Source of the DNA: Singulisphaera sp. GP187 | GTDB taxonomy: Bacteria; Planctomycetota; GCA-002687715 | DNA length: 64,000 nt | Direction: 5' to 3' | Assembly (NCBI GenBank): GCA_945907755.1 | Contig: CAMDTN010000007.1 | Span: 856 to 64,855 of the forward strand | Shown here: piece after piece, positions 48,542 through 57,733 of the stretch | Layout of the letters: each line of letters starts with the position of its first letter | Numbering within the stretch: position 1 is the first letter of the stretch | Translations under genes and position numbers: made by a program | Notes under the pieces: model-generated | The model's database searches: none | What the model was told of the DNA's origin: nothing | What the model saw: the letters and a program-made list of their open reading frames with translations, nothing else

Positions 48542-48680
48542 GGATGCACCTCCGAGGCGGACAGATTGCCCGCCAATGCCGCGCGCGTCCACCCCCACCC
48601 GCGTAGGGGGCGGGCGCACAGAATCCAGCATCTGGGCACTGCTTGATGCACCGATTCGCAAGCGGAGATAGGCTCAGATC

Positions 48681-49055
48681 ATGCGCGGCGCACTCCTTGG
48701 TTTGTTGTTGCTGGGTTGTGGGGCTTGCGCCTCGCAGGACGATTTGAGCGTGACGGTTGAAGTGAGATACCCAACGCGGTTGGGTTTGGCCAGCAACCCG
48801 CGCCGCATCATGAGCATGGATCGTGGCAGCACCGTGGAAGACGCCACGCGCCAACTGATCCGGAACCCGTGGCAGAGCGGCCTGCATGCCGACAGCATCG
48901 GTGTTTACAACCGCATGTTGTGGCGCAGTACCGACAACGACCCACGCAGTGGCAGCCACTGGGCTTGGTCATTGAATGGTGCCTATCCGCAAACCACCGC
49001 TGCCGATTGGGTGCTGAAGCCCGGCGATGTGGTCGTGTGGAGTTACGAGCGCTAA
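48681..49055 (+). CDS. Small lipoprotein, DUF4430-like (transcobalamin-like fold)
   Basis: Lipobox LLLGCGAC. C-terminal …WAWSLNGAYP…LKPGDVVVWSY pattern typical of DUF4430. GGAG Shine-Dalgarno upstream. Confidence 0.6.
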   Translation: MRGALLGLLLLGCGACASQDDLSVTVEVRYPTRLGLASNPRRIMSMDRGSTVEDATRQLIRNPWQSGLHADSIGVYNRMLWRSTDNDPRSGSHWAWSLNGAYPQTTAADWVLKPGDVVVWSYER

Positions 49056-49062
49056 CGCCTGA

Positions 49063-50487
49063 TCAACCGAGGAACGCGTTCACTTCTGCGGCGACGCTCC
49101 GCGCATCTTCCAACGTGTTTTCCACGGCAGGCAGCGCCCAGTTGTCTTGGTTCACGAAGAACACGCGTTGCTGGAACGGCCGCAGCAATTCCTGCGGCAC
49201 TCCATCAGCGATGAAATTCGGCGCGGCGATAGGCATCGCGTGGCCCCAGCGGCTGATGCGCACTTGGCGCACCGCACTGGCCGACACGCCCAGCATCGAC
49301 AGAGTATCCAGCACATGCGGAACCAAGCGTTGCGCCCATGTGGTGTAAGGATCGTTCAGGATCAACGCGAAGCGCGCTGACGCCCACGGCAGCGGCCAGT
49401 AGAAGCTGAGCACCGAGCGCGGCAGGTTTTGCACGCGTGCGTAATTGCCGTTCAGCACATCTGCAGGCCGCGAATTCAGTTCGCAAGCCACTGGGTCCAT
49501 CGGATACGCAGCGTTGTGCACCAAGAAGATGTCGTAGAAATCCAGTGCTACGGGAGCGGTCAGCAGGACATTGGCGACGAGGTACGCCGAAGTGTTCACG
49601 CGCTGCATGGCTTCATATTTTGGCGGGTCCAAGGCGGCAATGTCGTGCAGCACATGCTTCGCCACATGCTTCGACCCAGCCATCACGACCGTCTTGGCCC
49701 TCAGAGTCTGGGTTGCACCCGCGGCGTCTACCCAGGTGACGCGCATGCGCTGGTTGTCGCGGCGCACATCCACTACGCGGCAGCCAGCACGCAGCATGGG
49801 TGGCGCATTGCTGGGAAGTGACGTGAGTTCGACATGGTGCAGCTTCTGCCACAAGGCTCGAGCCAGCGCTGCGTTGCCGCCGGGAAAAACCCAGCGGCCA
49901 TATTCTTCTGCGGCCACGAAGTTCCAGCCCGACGCGGCACTAATCTCTTGCATGCCTGCGCCGAACGAGGAGTGGAAATAGGCTTGAATGGCAGCGGCGA
50001 GTAGGGGCGGCAGCGGCATCCCCATGCGCTGTTGCAAATCGGCTTCAAAATTCGTGGTGTCCATTTCCAGCACTGCAGCCGCTGCAACTGGGTCGCTGCT
50101 GAGCGGGATCTCTGGATAGTGGTTCTCCGCCATGTCAGTCACGACCGCTGCGTACCGCTGGAAGGCTGCTTGCTCTGCTGGCGACAGGCCTGCGCCTTGC
50201 CAGAAGCCCTGCGCGACTTGGCCAGCGATTTCAACGGGGTCCGGCGGCATGCTGCTGCGCTTCACCAGATGCAATCCCAAACGGTGGTATAGGCGGTGCA
50301 CAAACGAGCCCGGGTCTGGGGTCATCACATAGGCGCTGCCGATGGAAAAATCTGTGCCCATCCAACGCTCACCGCGAGCATTGCCGCCGAATCTTGGGCG
50401 CAGATCGAACAAGACCGGATGGCGCTGGCGCAACAAGTAGGCCGTGGTGAGCCCCGCTAAGCCGCCGCCCACAACAGCCACATCCAC
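49063..50487 (-). CDS. FAD-dependent oxidoreductase (amine-oxidase / protoporphyrinogen-oxidase-like fold)
   Basis: Begins (GTG) VDVAVVGGGLAGLTTAYLL dinucleotide-binding motif. 474 aa. A perfect Tat signal peptide lies immediately upstream in the +1 frame (50671–50761). Confidence 0.8.
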   Translation of the reverse strand: MDVAVVGGGLAGLTTAYLLRQRHPVLFDLRPRFGGNARGERWMGTDFSIGSAYVMTPDPGSFVHRLYHRLGLHLVKRSSMPPDPVEIAGQVAQGFWQGAGLSPAEQAAFQRYAAVVTDMAENHYPEIPLSSDPVAAAAVLEMDTTNFEADLQQRMGMPLPPLLAAAIQAYFHSSFGAGMQEISAASGWNFVAAEEYGRWVFPGGNAALARALWQKLHHVELTSLPSNAPPMLRAGCRVVDVRRDNQRMRVTWVDAAGATQTLRAKTVVMAGSKHVAKHVLHDIAALDPPKYEAMQRVNTSAYLVANVLLTAPVALDFYDIFLVHNAAYPMDPVACELNSRPADVLNGNYARVQNLPRSVLSFYWPLPWASARFALILNDPYTTWAQRLVPHVLDTLSMLGVSASAVRQVRISRWGHAMPIAAPNFIADGVPQELLRPFQQRVFFVNQDNWALPAVENTLEDARSVAAEVNAFLG

Positions 50488-50757
50488 GTCTTGGCCACCC
50501 GAGGGAATGGTGCCGTTCCAAGATGCGTGGAATGGGATGGCTGCGGGGTCTCCGAAATCGTCGCCGGTGAAAAACGCGCAAAGGGCAAGCCCGAGTGCAT
50601 CACCGATTGCGGGAACGCGGGCAATTGCAAGATGGGGTCGTGTGGACTGGCCCAGGCGGTGGCCACTTCAATAGCAACTCATTCCGCTGGATCATGCTGC
50701 CGATGCCAAGGGCTGCGAACCCGGCGAAGCCTGCACCAAGAAACTCACGGCGTGTCG

Positions 50758-51585
50758 TCATGGGATAGCCTTCGTTCTGGCTGCGCGCGCGGCGGCGCTG
50801 AGCTTGCGCCAGCCGGGGCCCAAGATCCACGCTTCATACTCGCGGGCCCGTGAAAAGTGCGGATGCGCTTGTTCGCGCTCACGGAATTCTTGCGGATGCA
50901 ACACGGCGCGCATGCCATCTAAGAGAGGTGGCACCACTTCATGCAGGCATTCGTGAAACACCAAGAAGTCGAGATACCACGCCGTGATCCAAGTGTGGTC
51001 CAACAGCGGATTGATGACGATCAGCGAGCGCGGGCTTCTGCGTTCGTGGCGCCCCATCAGTCGTCGCGACACATGTGCCCCGAAGGTGATGTCGATGTCG
51101 AGGCTGGCTTCAAAGTGTTGGCGGTTGACGCGGTGCAGTGTGGCGCGCAGGTCGTGATGCACGCCGCTGCATTGTTCGTCTGCGGCCATGCCCGCTGGCG
51201 GCAGCGCATGTTGACGGTGCCAGCGCGTGATGGCGCGAGCGAGGCGGCGCTGTTCGTCGCGTGCCGTCCCTGTGAGGTACAGCCGTACCGCAGCCTCCGC
51301 GATGGGCTCTGGCGCGATGCGAAAAGCAGCATGGGCGCGCAAAACGACGCTGCCGTCGCGTTGCTCACTGGAGCTCAAGATGACGCGCCGATTGGCGGTG
51401 TAGTGCACAGCGACGCTGCGTGTCGGGTTCACGCGCAGTAGCGCCGCGCCAAGCGCGTCGCCGCAGACCGCGATCTCTGGTACTGCATCAGTGCCCAGTG
51501 GCACAAGCAGTGGCGTGCGGCGGTCCGAACCGCTTTCCTCAAAGAGCAGGAGCTGCCGCGGCAGCGCATCCACAGAGTAGGCCAC
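50758..51585 (-). CDS. YgjP/DUF45-like (M48/WLM-type) metal-dependent hydrolase
   Basis: HEXXH motif in …LVFHECLHEVVPP…HPQEFREREQAHPHF, as in YgjP. Stop overlaps the ATG of the Tat-signal ORF (ATGA at 50758–50761). Confidence 0.7.
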   Translation of the reverse strand: MAYSVDALPRQLLLFEESGSDRRTPLLVPLGTDAVPEIAVCGDALGAALLRVNPTRSVAVHYTANRRVILSSSEQRDGSVVLRAHAAFRIAPEPIAEAAVRLYLTGTARDEQRRLARAITRWHRQHALPPAGMAADEQCSGVHHDLRATLHRVNRQHFEASLDIDITFGAHVSRRLMGRHERRSPRSLIVINPLLDHTWITAWYLDFLVFHECLHEVVPPLLDGMRAVLHPQEFREREQAHPHFSRAREYEAWILGPGWRKLSAAARAARTKAIP

Positions 51586-51628
51586 GCATCACAGCCTACA
51601 CCGGGCTGCACGCGTGCCTAGCGGCTTA

Positions 51629-52711
51629 TTAGCGTCCGAGGACGGGTATTCGCGCCAAGTGCTCGGCGCTCAAGAGTGTGCGGCCAAGTTGCCCGCAGGC
51701 TGCGAATTGATCGCGCCCAGAAGAGCGCCGCATTTTCAAAGGGAAGCCTAAGGGGCGGAGCTTTTTCGTCCACGCCAAAACTTCTTCCCGCGTGGGGGCT
51801 TCAAGCGCTGGGTCCACCGGGTTTAGCGGGATGATGTTCAGGATGAAACGGAAGCCTGTCAGGTGCGTGCGGATGGCATCGATGTCGTCGTCGCCTAGGG
51901 TGAGGTTGCGGATGGCGATGTATTCCAGCGTGACATGCTTGCCGCGTAGGGTGTCGGCGTAGCCGCGGATGGAATCGATGAAACGCTCGAAGGACCACAC
52001 CGATTGAATGGGCATCAATTGCGCGCGCTTCTCGGGCACCGCCGATCCAAGGCTGAACACCAGCTTCATCTTGTGGCGCGCGGCAGCGAAGCGGTCGATG
52101 GCAGGCACGATGCCTGCAGTGCTAATCACCATGCGTTTCGGGCTGATCTGTAACCCCTGTGGCTCGGCAAAGACTGCGCAAGATTGCAGCACTGCTTCTT
52201 CGTTCTGCAGCGGTTCGCCCATGCCCATGAACACCAAGTCGCTGACGCGCACGCTGGCATGCCGCTGGATCTGCGTCACTTGCCCAACGATTTCATGGGT
52301 TTCGAGATTGCGCTGCAACCCCATGCGGCCAGTGGCGCAGAAGCGGCAGGCCAGTGCGCAGCCTGCTTGCGACGACAAGCACACCGACCACAGCCCGTGG
52401 TGCGGCAGCAACACCGCTTCGACGATGGCACCGTCGGCAAGGCGCATGGCGTAGCGCACGCTTTTATCCCACGACGGGTGCACCGCCACAATTTCCGGAG
52501 GCTTGTGCGCGAATACAAGCGCCAACGCGTCCAGCTTGTGCGCATTCATGCCAGGCAGAGCGGCAATGGTCTCGATGCCAGTGCGTTGCGCCGCGCGCCA
52601 AGCCATGCTAGGCAGCTCGCGGCCGAGCGAGCGAATGCCTGTCGCGTCACCATGAGCGATGGCAGCGTCCAAGCGCATGCCCAAGAGTTGCGGAGGCGCC
52701 ACCAGCATCAA
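51629..52711 (-). CDS. rlmN: Radical-SAM 23S rRNA (adenine2503-C2)-methyltransferase RlmN (RlmN/Cfr family)
   Basis: CxxxCxxC radical-SAM motif CALACRFCATG. MGMGEPLQN and the second conserved Cys context typical of RlmN. Confidence 0.9.
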   Translation of the reverse strand: MMLVAPPQLLGMRLDAAIAHGDATGIRSLGRELPSMAWRAAQRTGIETIAALPGMNAHKLDALALVFAHKPPEIVAVHPSWDKSVRYAMRLADGAIVEAVLLPHHGLWSVCLSSQAGCALACRFCATGRMGLQRNLETHEIVGQVTQIQRHASVRVSDLVFMGMGEPLQNEEAVLQSCAVFAEPQGLQISPKRMVISTAGIVPAIDRFAAARHKMKLVFSLGSAVPEKRAQLMPIQSVWSFERFIDSIRGYADTLRGKHVTLEYIAIRNLTLGDDDIDAIRTHLTGFRFILNIIPLNPVDPALEAPTREEVLAWTKKLRPLGFPLKMRRSSGRDQFAACGQLGRTLLSAEHLARIPVLGR

Positions 52712-53034
52712 TCCCAGATTTTTCTGCCGCCGAAGGGGTCGCGCGGATCATCTTTCTGTTCAGCGGCCTTTTTCTGCGCTTCGCGGAACAGTTCATCGAT
52801 GCGGTCGGACTGTGTGCGCACATTGTCTTGCGCCTTGCTGAACTCGTCCTTCACGCGCTCGTCCGCTTCGTGCTTGTTGCGCATAGCGACATCCATGTCG
52901 TCTTCGCCAGCGCGACGGTCGTCCTTCAAGTGCGCGCCCTTGCGGTACGACAGCACGCGCTCGCGTTCGACGCTGACTTCAAGGATGTGCCCGCAGCAGG
53001 GGCACTTCACATCGATGATGGGTTTGGAGTTCAT
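52708..53034 (-). CDS. Small zinc-ribbon protein (CPCCGH motif) with acidic/Lys-rich tail
   Basis: MNSKPIIDVKCPCCGHILEV… 4-nt overlap with the rlmN start. Confidence 0.55.
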   Translation of the reverse strand: MNSKPIIDVKCPCCGHILEVSVERERVLSYRKGAHLKDDRRAGEDDMDVAMRNKHEADERVKDEFSKAQDNVRTQSDRIDELFREAQKKAAEQKDDPRDPFGGRKIWD

Positions 53035-53052
53035 GGCAGGCTTCGCGAGGGC

Positions 53053-53325
53053 TCAACCGTCTTCGGGCGCGTCTTCGGTCGATTTCGTCTCGCGCTCTTC
53101 AGGCGGGATGTAGTTGAAGCGCGTCTTCAGCTCCTCCAGCAACGCGACGATGCGCGCTTGGGTGCTGGTCACTTTCACGATGGACTTGTCTTCGTAAAAG
53201 ACGATGGACTTGTCGGCCTTTGCCCAAATGCGCACATGCTCCACCACCGGCGCTTCGAATTCGCTGGTGTATTTCTTGAAGGTCTTGGTGTAACGCATGC
53301 TCGGGATGGTGGTTTCAGCCACGGT
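53053..53325 (-). CDS. Small hypothetical protein (~81–90 aa)
   Basis: Only the C-terminal ~90 aa of ORF-track entry 53053..53775 look protein-like (MRYTKTFKKYTSEFEAPVVEHVRIW…). GGAG + 8 nt + GTG at 53325; ATG at 53298. The upstream part of that ORF overlaps the large membrane-protein gene and is Arg-rich noise. Confidence 0.4.
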   Translation of the reverse strand, partial: TVAETTIPSMRYTKTFKKYTSEFEAPVVEHVRIWAKADKSIVFYEDKSIVKVTSTQARIVALLEELKTRFNYIPPEERETKSTEDAPEDG

Positions 53326-53396
53326 ATTTTCTCCGCTGGTACGGCCAGAACATAGCCGCCGCATGCTGCTGCGGCAACGCGTTGGATGGCTGCGAT

Positions 53397-55443
53397 TCAG
53401 GGCGTGGGCAGCATCCACACACCGGCGGGTGGGGCGTCCGCGATGCGCAGAGCCCGCGTTGTTAGGCCCGGGGCAGCGACTCTGAAAGCGCGGCGCACGC
53501 CGTCCATTGGAGGCAAGGCGAAACGCAGAGCCACGACCGTGCGGTCCGGGTCGAAGGCGCACAGCGCTTCCAACGGATGCCGCTGCACGCTGATGCGCCC
53601 GGAGGCATCTTCTGCAACCAACACGGCTTGCAGCGTTGTTGCGTCGGAAGCGCTGCTGTCGAGGAACAGCGTGCAAGTGCGCGCGCCGCTGGCATCCGCT
53701 GCGTACTCGCAACCGAGGCACACCCAGCCGTGTTCCAGTGGCGTGTTGGACCGCAGCGTTGGCAATGCTGCCCACTGCGCGGGGCGCAGCCGCCTCGGGC
53801 GCGCGCCGGGCCGCGAGAATTCGTACAGCGTGAAAGTGCGAGCGGTGCCGGGCACTTGTCGCGGCGCCACCTCAAGCCCGGGCACTAATGGCAGCTTGCG
53901 TGTGACATCCACTGCCGCGTTGTTCGCGCGCCCCGCAGCAACCAGCAAGTCTACGGCGCAGGCCGCATCGTCGGCCAGCACCAAGGTTGCGTTTTGCAAC
54001 GCGAGCGGGCGCAGCGCCGTGGCGTCCGCTGCGGTGTGCTCAACACTTGTCACAAATAGGGCGCGCCCGCTTTCTGCTGCGACGCGGCGGAAGTTCGCGG
54101 GCTCAAGCCCGGGTGTGCCCCCGGGCAGCGCGTGCAGCACGCACAGAAGCGCTACATCTTCTGGCGACAGCGCCAAGGCAGCGGCCACACTGGCATCGAT
54201 GGGCCACGCTTCCATTGCGTTGCGCCGCGGCACACCGACCTTGCGCGCGAAGGGCACTAATTGACGATCGGCTTGCGGCAGCAGACCGATGCCATTCACG
54301 GCCAGCACGGGATTGTCGGTTTCCGCGCCGCGCTGTCCTGAACCAACGAGCAGCAACGCACACAGCGCTGTGCACCAAGCAGCGCGCTTTCGTTGTGCGC
54401 TGCGCAAGACTGCCTGCACCAACAGGAGCGCGCCGAACGGCAGCAACGGCAGCAGCGATGTCAGCGCGCCTGCGGGGCGCAACACGACGAGCAGAATCAC
54501 GGCACAACCAGCGCCTGACGCAACAATGGCGCTGGCATGGCGCTGTTCGCGCGGTGGCAGTTGGCCCGCGCTTGCAGTGTCGTGATGCGTTGCGTCTGGA
54601 GCGGCGCGCTCGCTGCGACGCGGCAGCATGCGCCAAGCGGCCCACACGAAAAGTGCAACGAAGGCCACGCCGAAAGAACGCAGCACTTCCAGCGGGAACC
54701 ATGCGAAGCGCTTGACAGAGAGCAGCGCTGCGTCGCACGCATGAGGCAGCACCGCCGCTGCCGCGGCCAGCGAATCCATTGCACGCCACGCGTCTTCGTG
54801 GTGAGCGAGGTACCAAGGGGACACAACGAGGAGCCCCATGTTCACCACATAGAACAGATTGCGCATGCGCGCGCGCAAGATGCGCTCGTCGCCATCCGCG
54901 AAGGCCAAGACATTGGCCCACACCAGCGCGCCCGGCAAACACAAAGCGCCCATGTTGGAAACAAGCGCAGCAAACCCCGCGAGGGTGCCTGCGGCCAACG
55001 CGCGCCAAGTGTTGCGGTAGCGTGCGGAACGCAACAGTTGGTCGAATGCCGCCAACGAAATCGCCGCGGCAGCGAGATTGGCGCTGAACAAGCGCGCTTC
55101 AGTGAACAGCGGCGGCAAGCAAGCGCACAAAGCCAGCGCACAGGCGGCAGGCATTGGTGCCAGCCACAGACGCAGCACGCGCGCAGCAGCCCAGAAATAC
55201 AGCGCGCTGAACAGCAGCATGGTCAGGAACAGTGTTGTGCTGTCGACACTGCGTGAGCACACAGCGGCGACGGCCGCTGCAGACATCGCCAGCAGCGGTG
55301 GATGCGCAGGGTGAGTGTGCCCTGCCCACAAGAAATCCGTCACACCTTGATTGAGCAGTATGGAATGAAACTGTTGCGCTTCGAAGTGCCATGTGGCAGC
55401 GTCGCTCATCTGTGGGCGTGCGAAAGCCCCGTGGCGCATCATC
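53397..55443 (-). CDS. Large polytopic membrane protein with ~300-aa C-terminal soluble domain (GT-C/DUF2723-like putative glycosyltransferase)
   Basis: At least 12 hydrophobic helices followed by a soluble C-terminal domain. The N-terminal ~150 aa of the ORF-track entry are Arg-rich and lie upstream of the terminator-like hairpin at 55549–55575, so the start is placed near 55443/55409. Confidence 0.55.
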
Positions 55444-55594
55444 CAGAACGCATTGAGCGCTCCAATGATCACGACACACACGATCCACGGAGTTGCTGCA
55501 CGCAATCGCTGACTCACTGCGCAGATCTTAGAGGAGGCCCGCGAGAGTGGGCGCACGAGGCCTTGACGGATCGTCAAGGCCTCGGCCAATGCCA

Positions 55595-57604
55595 TCAGGC
55601 AAGCACACGACGGTCGAGGCGAATGACTTCGCTGAGGCTCCACGCTTGGAAGGGGGCGCCGCGTGCAGCAAACGGCTCGTCGCCATCGGCGATTTCGCAC
55701 AGGTGCGCGAGCCCAGGGTTCCCCCGTTGTGCCATGAGTGGTTTCAAGAAACGCTTCCGCGCCGCTCGCTTCGCAGCGCTTGTATGTCCGCGCGCGGCCA
55801 CCCACGCTTCGACGAACGGCCCAGCCAACCATGGCCACGCCGTGCCCTGATGGTAGGCCGCGTCGCGCTCGGCGCTGGTGCCGGTGCAGTGGCCGCAATA
55901 GCGCGCGTCACCAGGGTCCAGCGTGCGCAATCCGTGTGGCGTCAGCAACGCCATCTCTACATGCTCCAACATGGCTTTGGCCGTGGCGCGTGGCACTAAT
56001 GCCAACGGCAGCCCGCCTAGCGCCAAAACTTGGTTGGGCCTCAAAGTGGAATCGTCTTGGTTGGGCACATGTTCGCAGTCCACGACATCGCGCAAGTGTG
56101 TCTTGCCCTTCACCACGAAGCGCTTGCGGAAGCTGCGTTGCCCGCGCGCCAAGAATGCGGCGAAGGTGCGGTCGTGCTTCTTCATGGCGGATAGGGCGTT
56201 CAGCCACAGCGCTTGAATTTCCACTGCTTTTCCTGTGCGCGGCGTGACAGCAGTGCCGGCGTGCATGGCGTCCATCCAAGTCAATTGCGAGTTGGGAGTG
56301 CCGTGCGAAAGCAAACCGTCGGCGCACAGTTGCAGCAGCGGATGTTCGCCGCGGGCGATGCAGCGCAGCACCGTCAGCGCTGCGGCGCGCAGTAGTTTTG
56401 CATCGCGCGGGCGCAAGGTGGCGCATTTCAAATGTTCGGCCACCACCAATGCGAACCACAGCGGGGCGTCGGCGCTGTTCAACAACGGAGCGCCATCGTG
56501 TTCGTGGAAGCAGTTGGGCAGCGAACCATCGGTGCCGACCAAACGGGCCCAAGTCAGCAAGACCTTGCTGGCATCGTCGATGCGCCCGGTTGCATGCAGC
56601 AGCCCGCGCAAGGCAATGAAAGTGTCGCGACCGTAATCGACGAACCATGGATAGCCCGCGATGATCGAGAGCCCGTTGGCACCGGGATCGCTCGCGAGCT
56701 GCGGCATTCCGAGCGCCGGAGCATCTACGCGGCGCACCACAAAGGCATCGGCGGCGCGTTCCATGGGGCGTGCGAAAGCGCGGCGACGGCGGGCTTCAGC
56801 ACTACGCGCGAGCTTTGCAAAGCGCAGCACATCCAGCGGTGCTTCGCTGCACTCCGCGCCGGCCAGTGCCACGACGGCAGCCTCAGACGCTGCAAGGTCT
56901 GCTGAAAACACTCCGGGCTGCCACAAGTCTTCAATGTTGTCGCAACCACGCGCGGCTTCTTCTGCAAGATGAAAATCGAACCACCACTGCGGCTCGCTAG
57001 TCCAAGGGGCGTTGGAGCGCAGCAGCAAACGCGGCGCCTCTAGGCCAAGCTCTGCTTCGAACCCGTGTTCGTCGCAAGCGCAGATGCGCGCGCTGTCGTG
57101 CGCACGGATTAAGTGGTGGTGCGGCGAACCAGACAGCAGCGGGCGTGCATGCAACCACGCGGCGCCTTCGCCTTTGACGCGCTTCGCCAACAGCACCATG
57201 GCGTCATGGCCATGCACCATGAAGCACTCCAATTCGATCTCTGTGCCATCAGGCACGCGCACGCGTTGGCGCGGCCAAGGCTCGGTGCTGAAGGACAGCA
57301 GCGTGCCCACACTTGCTGGGGATTCCGTGCCGTCGGCGAAACGCGCCGTGCTGATGGGCCATGTGCCCGCATCGGTTTGCACGAACAAGATCATGTCCTT
57401 CAGCAGGTTGTAACGGCGCACCGGTGGCGCAGCAGCAACGGTGAACAGGCTGTGATAGCGGCGCGTGCGGCTGCCGTGCACAGGCATGCTGGCGTAACCA
57501 CCAAGCCCATTGGTTTCCAACCACTCGCTGCCGTGCAGCGGCAGTGCGCTGGAACGTATCGGCGCTGCCTTCTTCGTAGCTCTTGTCCGTTTCTTTGCTT
57601 TCAT
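55595..57604 (-). CDS. Glycogen debranching enzyme-like protein (amylo-alpha-1,6-glucosidase family, GDE_N + GDE_C)
   Basis: N-terminal LHGSEWLETNGLGGYAS motif of the GDE N-domain. C-terminal (alpha/alpha)6 barrel region. Start ATG 57604 (MKAKKRTRATKK…). Confidence 0.85.
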   Translation of the reverse strand: MKAKKRTRATKKAAPIRSSALPLHGSEWLETNGLGGYASMPVHGSRTRRYHSLFTVAAAPPVRRYNLLKDMILFVQTDAGTWPISTARFADGTESPASVGTLLSFSTEPWPRQRVRVPDGTEIELECFMVHGHDAMVLLAKRVKGEGAAWLHARPLLSGSPHHHLIRAHDSARICACDEHGFEAELGLEAPRLLLRSNAPWTSEPQWWFDFHLAEEAARGCDNIEDLWQPGVFSADLAASEAAVVALAGAECSEAPLDVLRFAKLARSAEARRRRAFARPMERAADAFVVRRVDAPALGMPQLASDPGANGLSIIAGYPWFVDYGRDTFIALRGLLHATGRIDDASKVLLTWARLVGTDGSLPNCFHEHDGAPLLNSADAPLWFALVVAEHLKCATLRPRDAKLLRAAALTVLRCIARGEHPLLQLCADGLLSHGTPNSQLTWMDAMHAGTAVTPRTGKAVEIQALWLNALSAMKKHDRTFAAFLARGQRSFRKRFVVKGKTHLRDVVDCEHVPNQDDSTLRPNQVLALGGLPLALVPRATAKAMLEHVEMALLTPHGLRTLDPGDARYCGHCTGTSAERDAAYHQGTAWPWLAGPFVEAWVAARGHTSAAKRAARKRFLKPLMAQRGNPGLAHLCEIADGDEPFAARGAPFQAWSLSEVIRLDRRVLA

Positions 57605-57733
57605 GGGCACAACCGTAACCAAAAGCTTGCCGCAGGTTGGGCTGCCGTTCGTGGTTGGTCGGAGCGCAGCCGCGCCGCTTTCACAGATGTGGTGGTAATC
57701 TCTGCAGCGCCGCACTTTGCGGTACTTACAGGC

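Noticed and set aside
53053-53775. Full 240-aa extent of this minus-strand ORF
   Set aside because: Only the last ~90 codons, below 53325, look protein-like and have an RBS. The upstream part overlaps the large membrane-protein gene and is Arg-rich.
55549-55575. Perfect 9-bp-stem hairpin (ggccttgac-ggatc-gtcaaggcc) after the GDE-like gene stop
   Set aside because: It may act as a terminator, but it lacks a U-tract on either strand. Noted only as the reason to place the downstream membrane-protein start below 55549.
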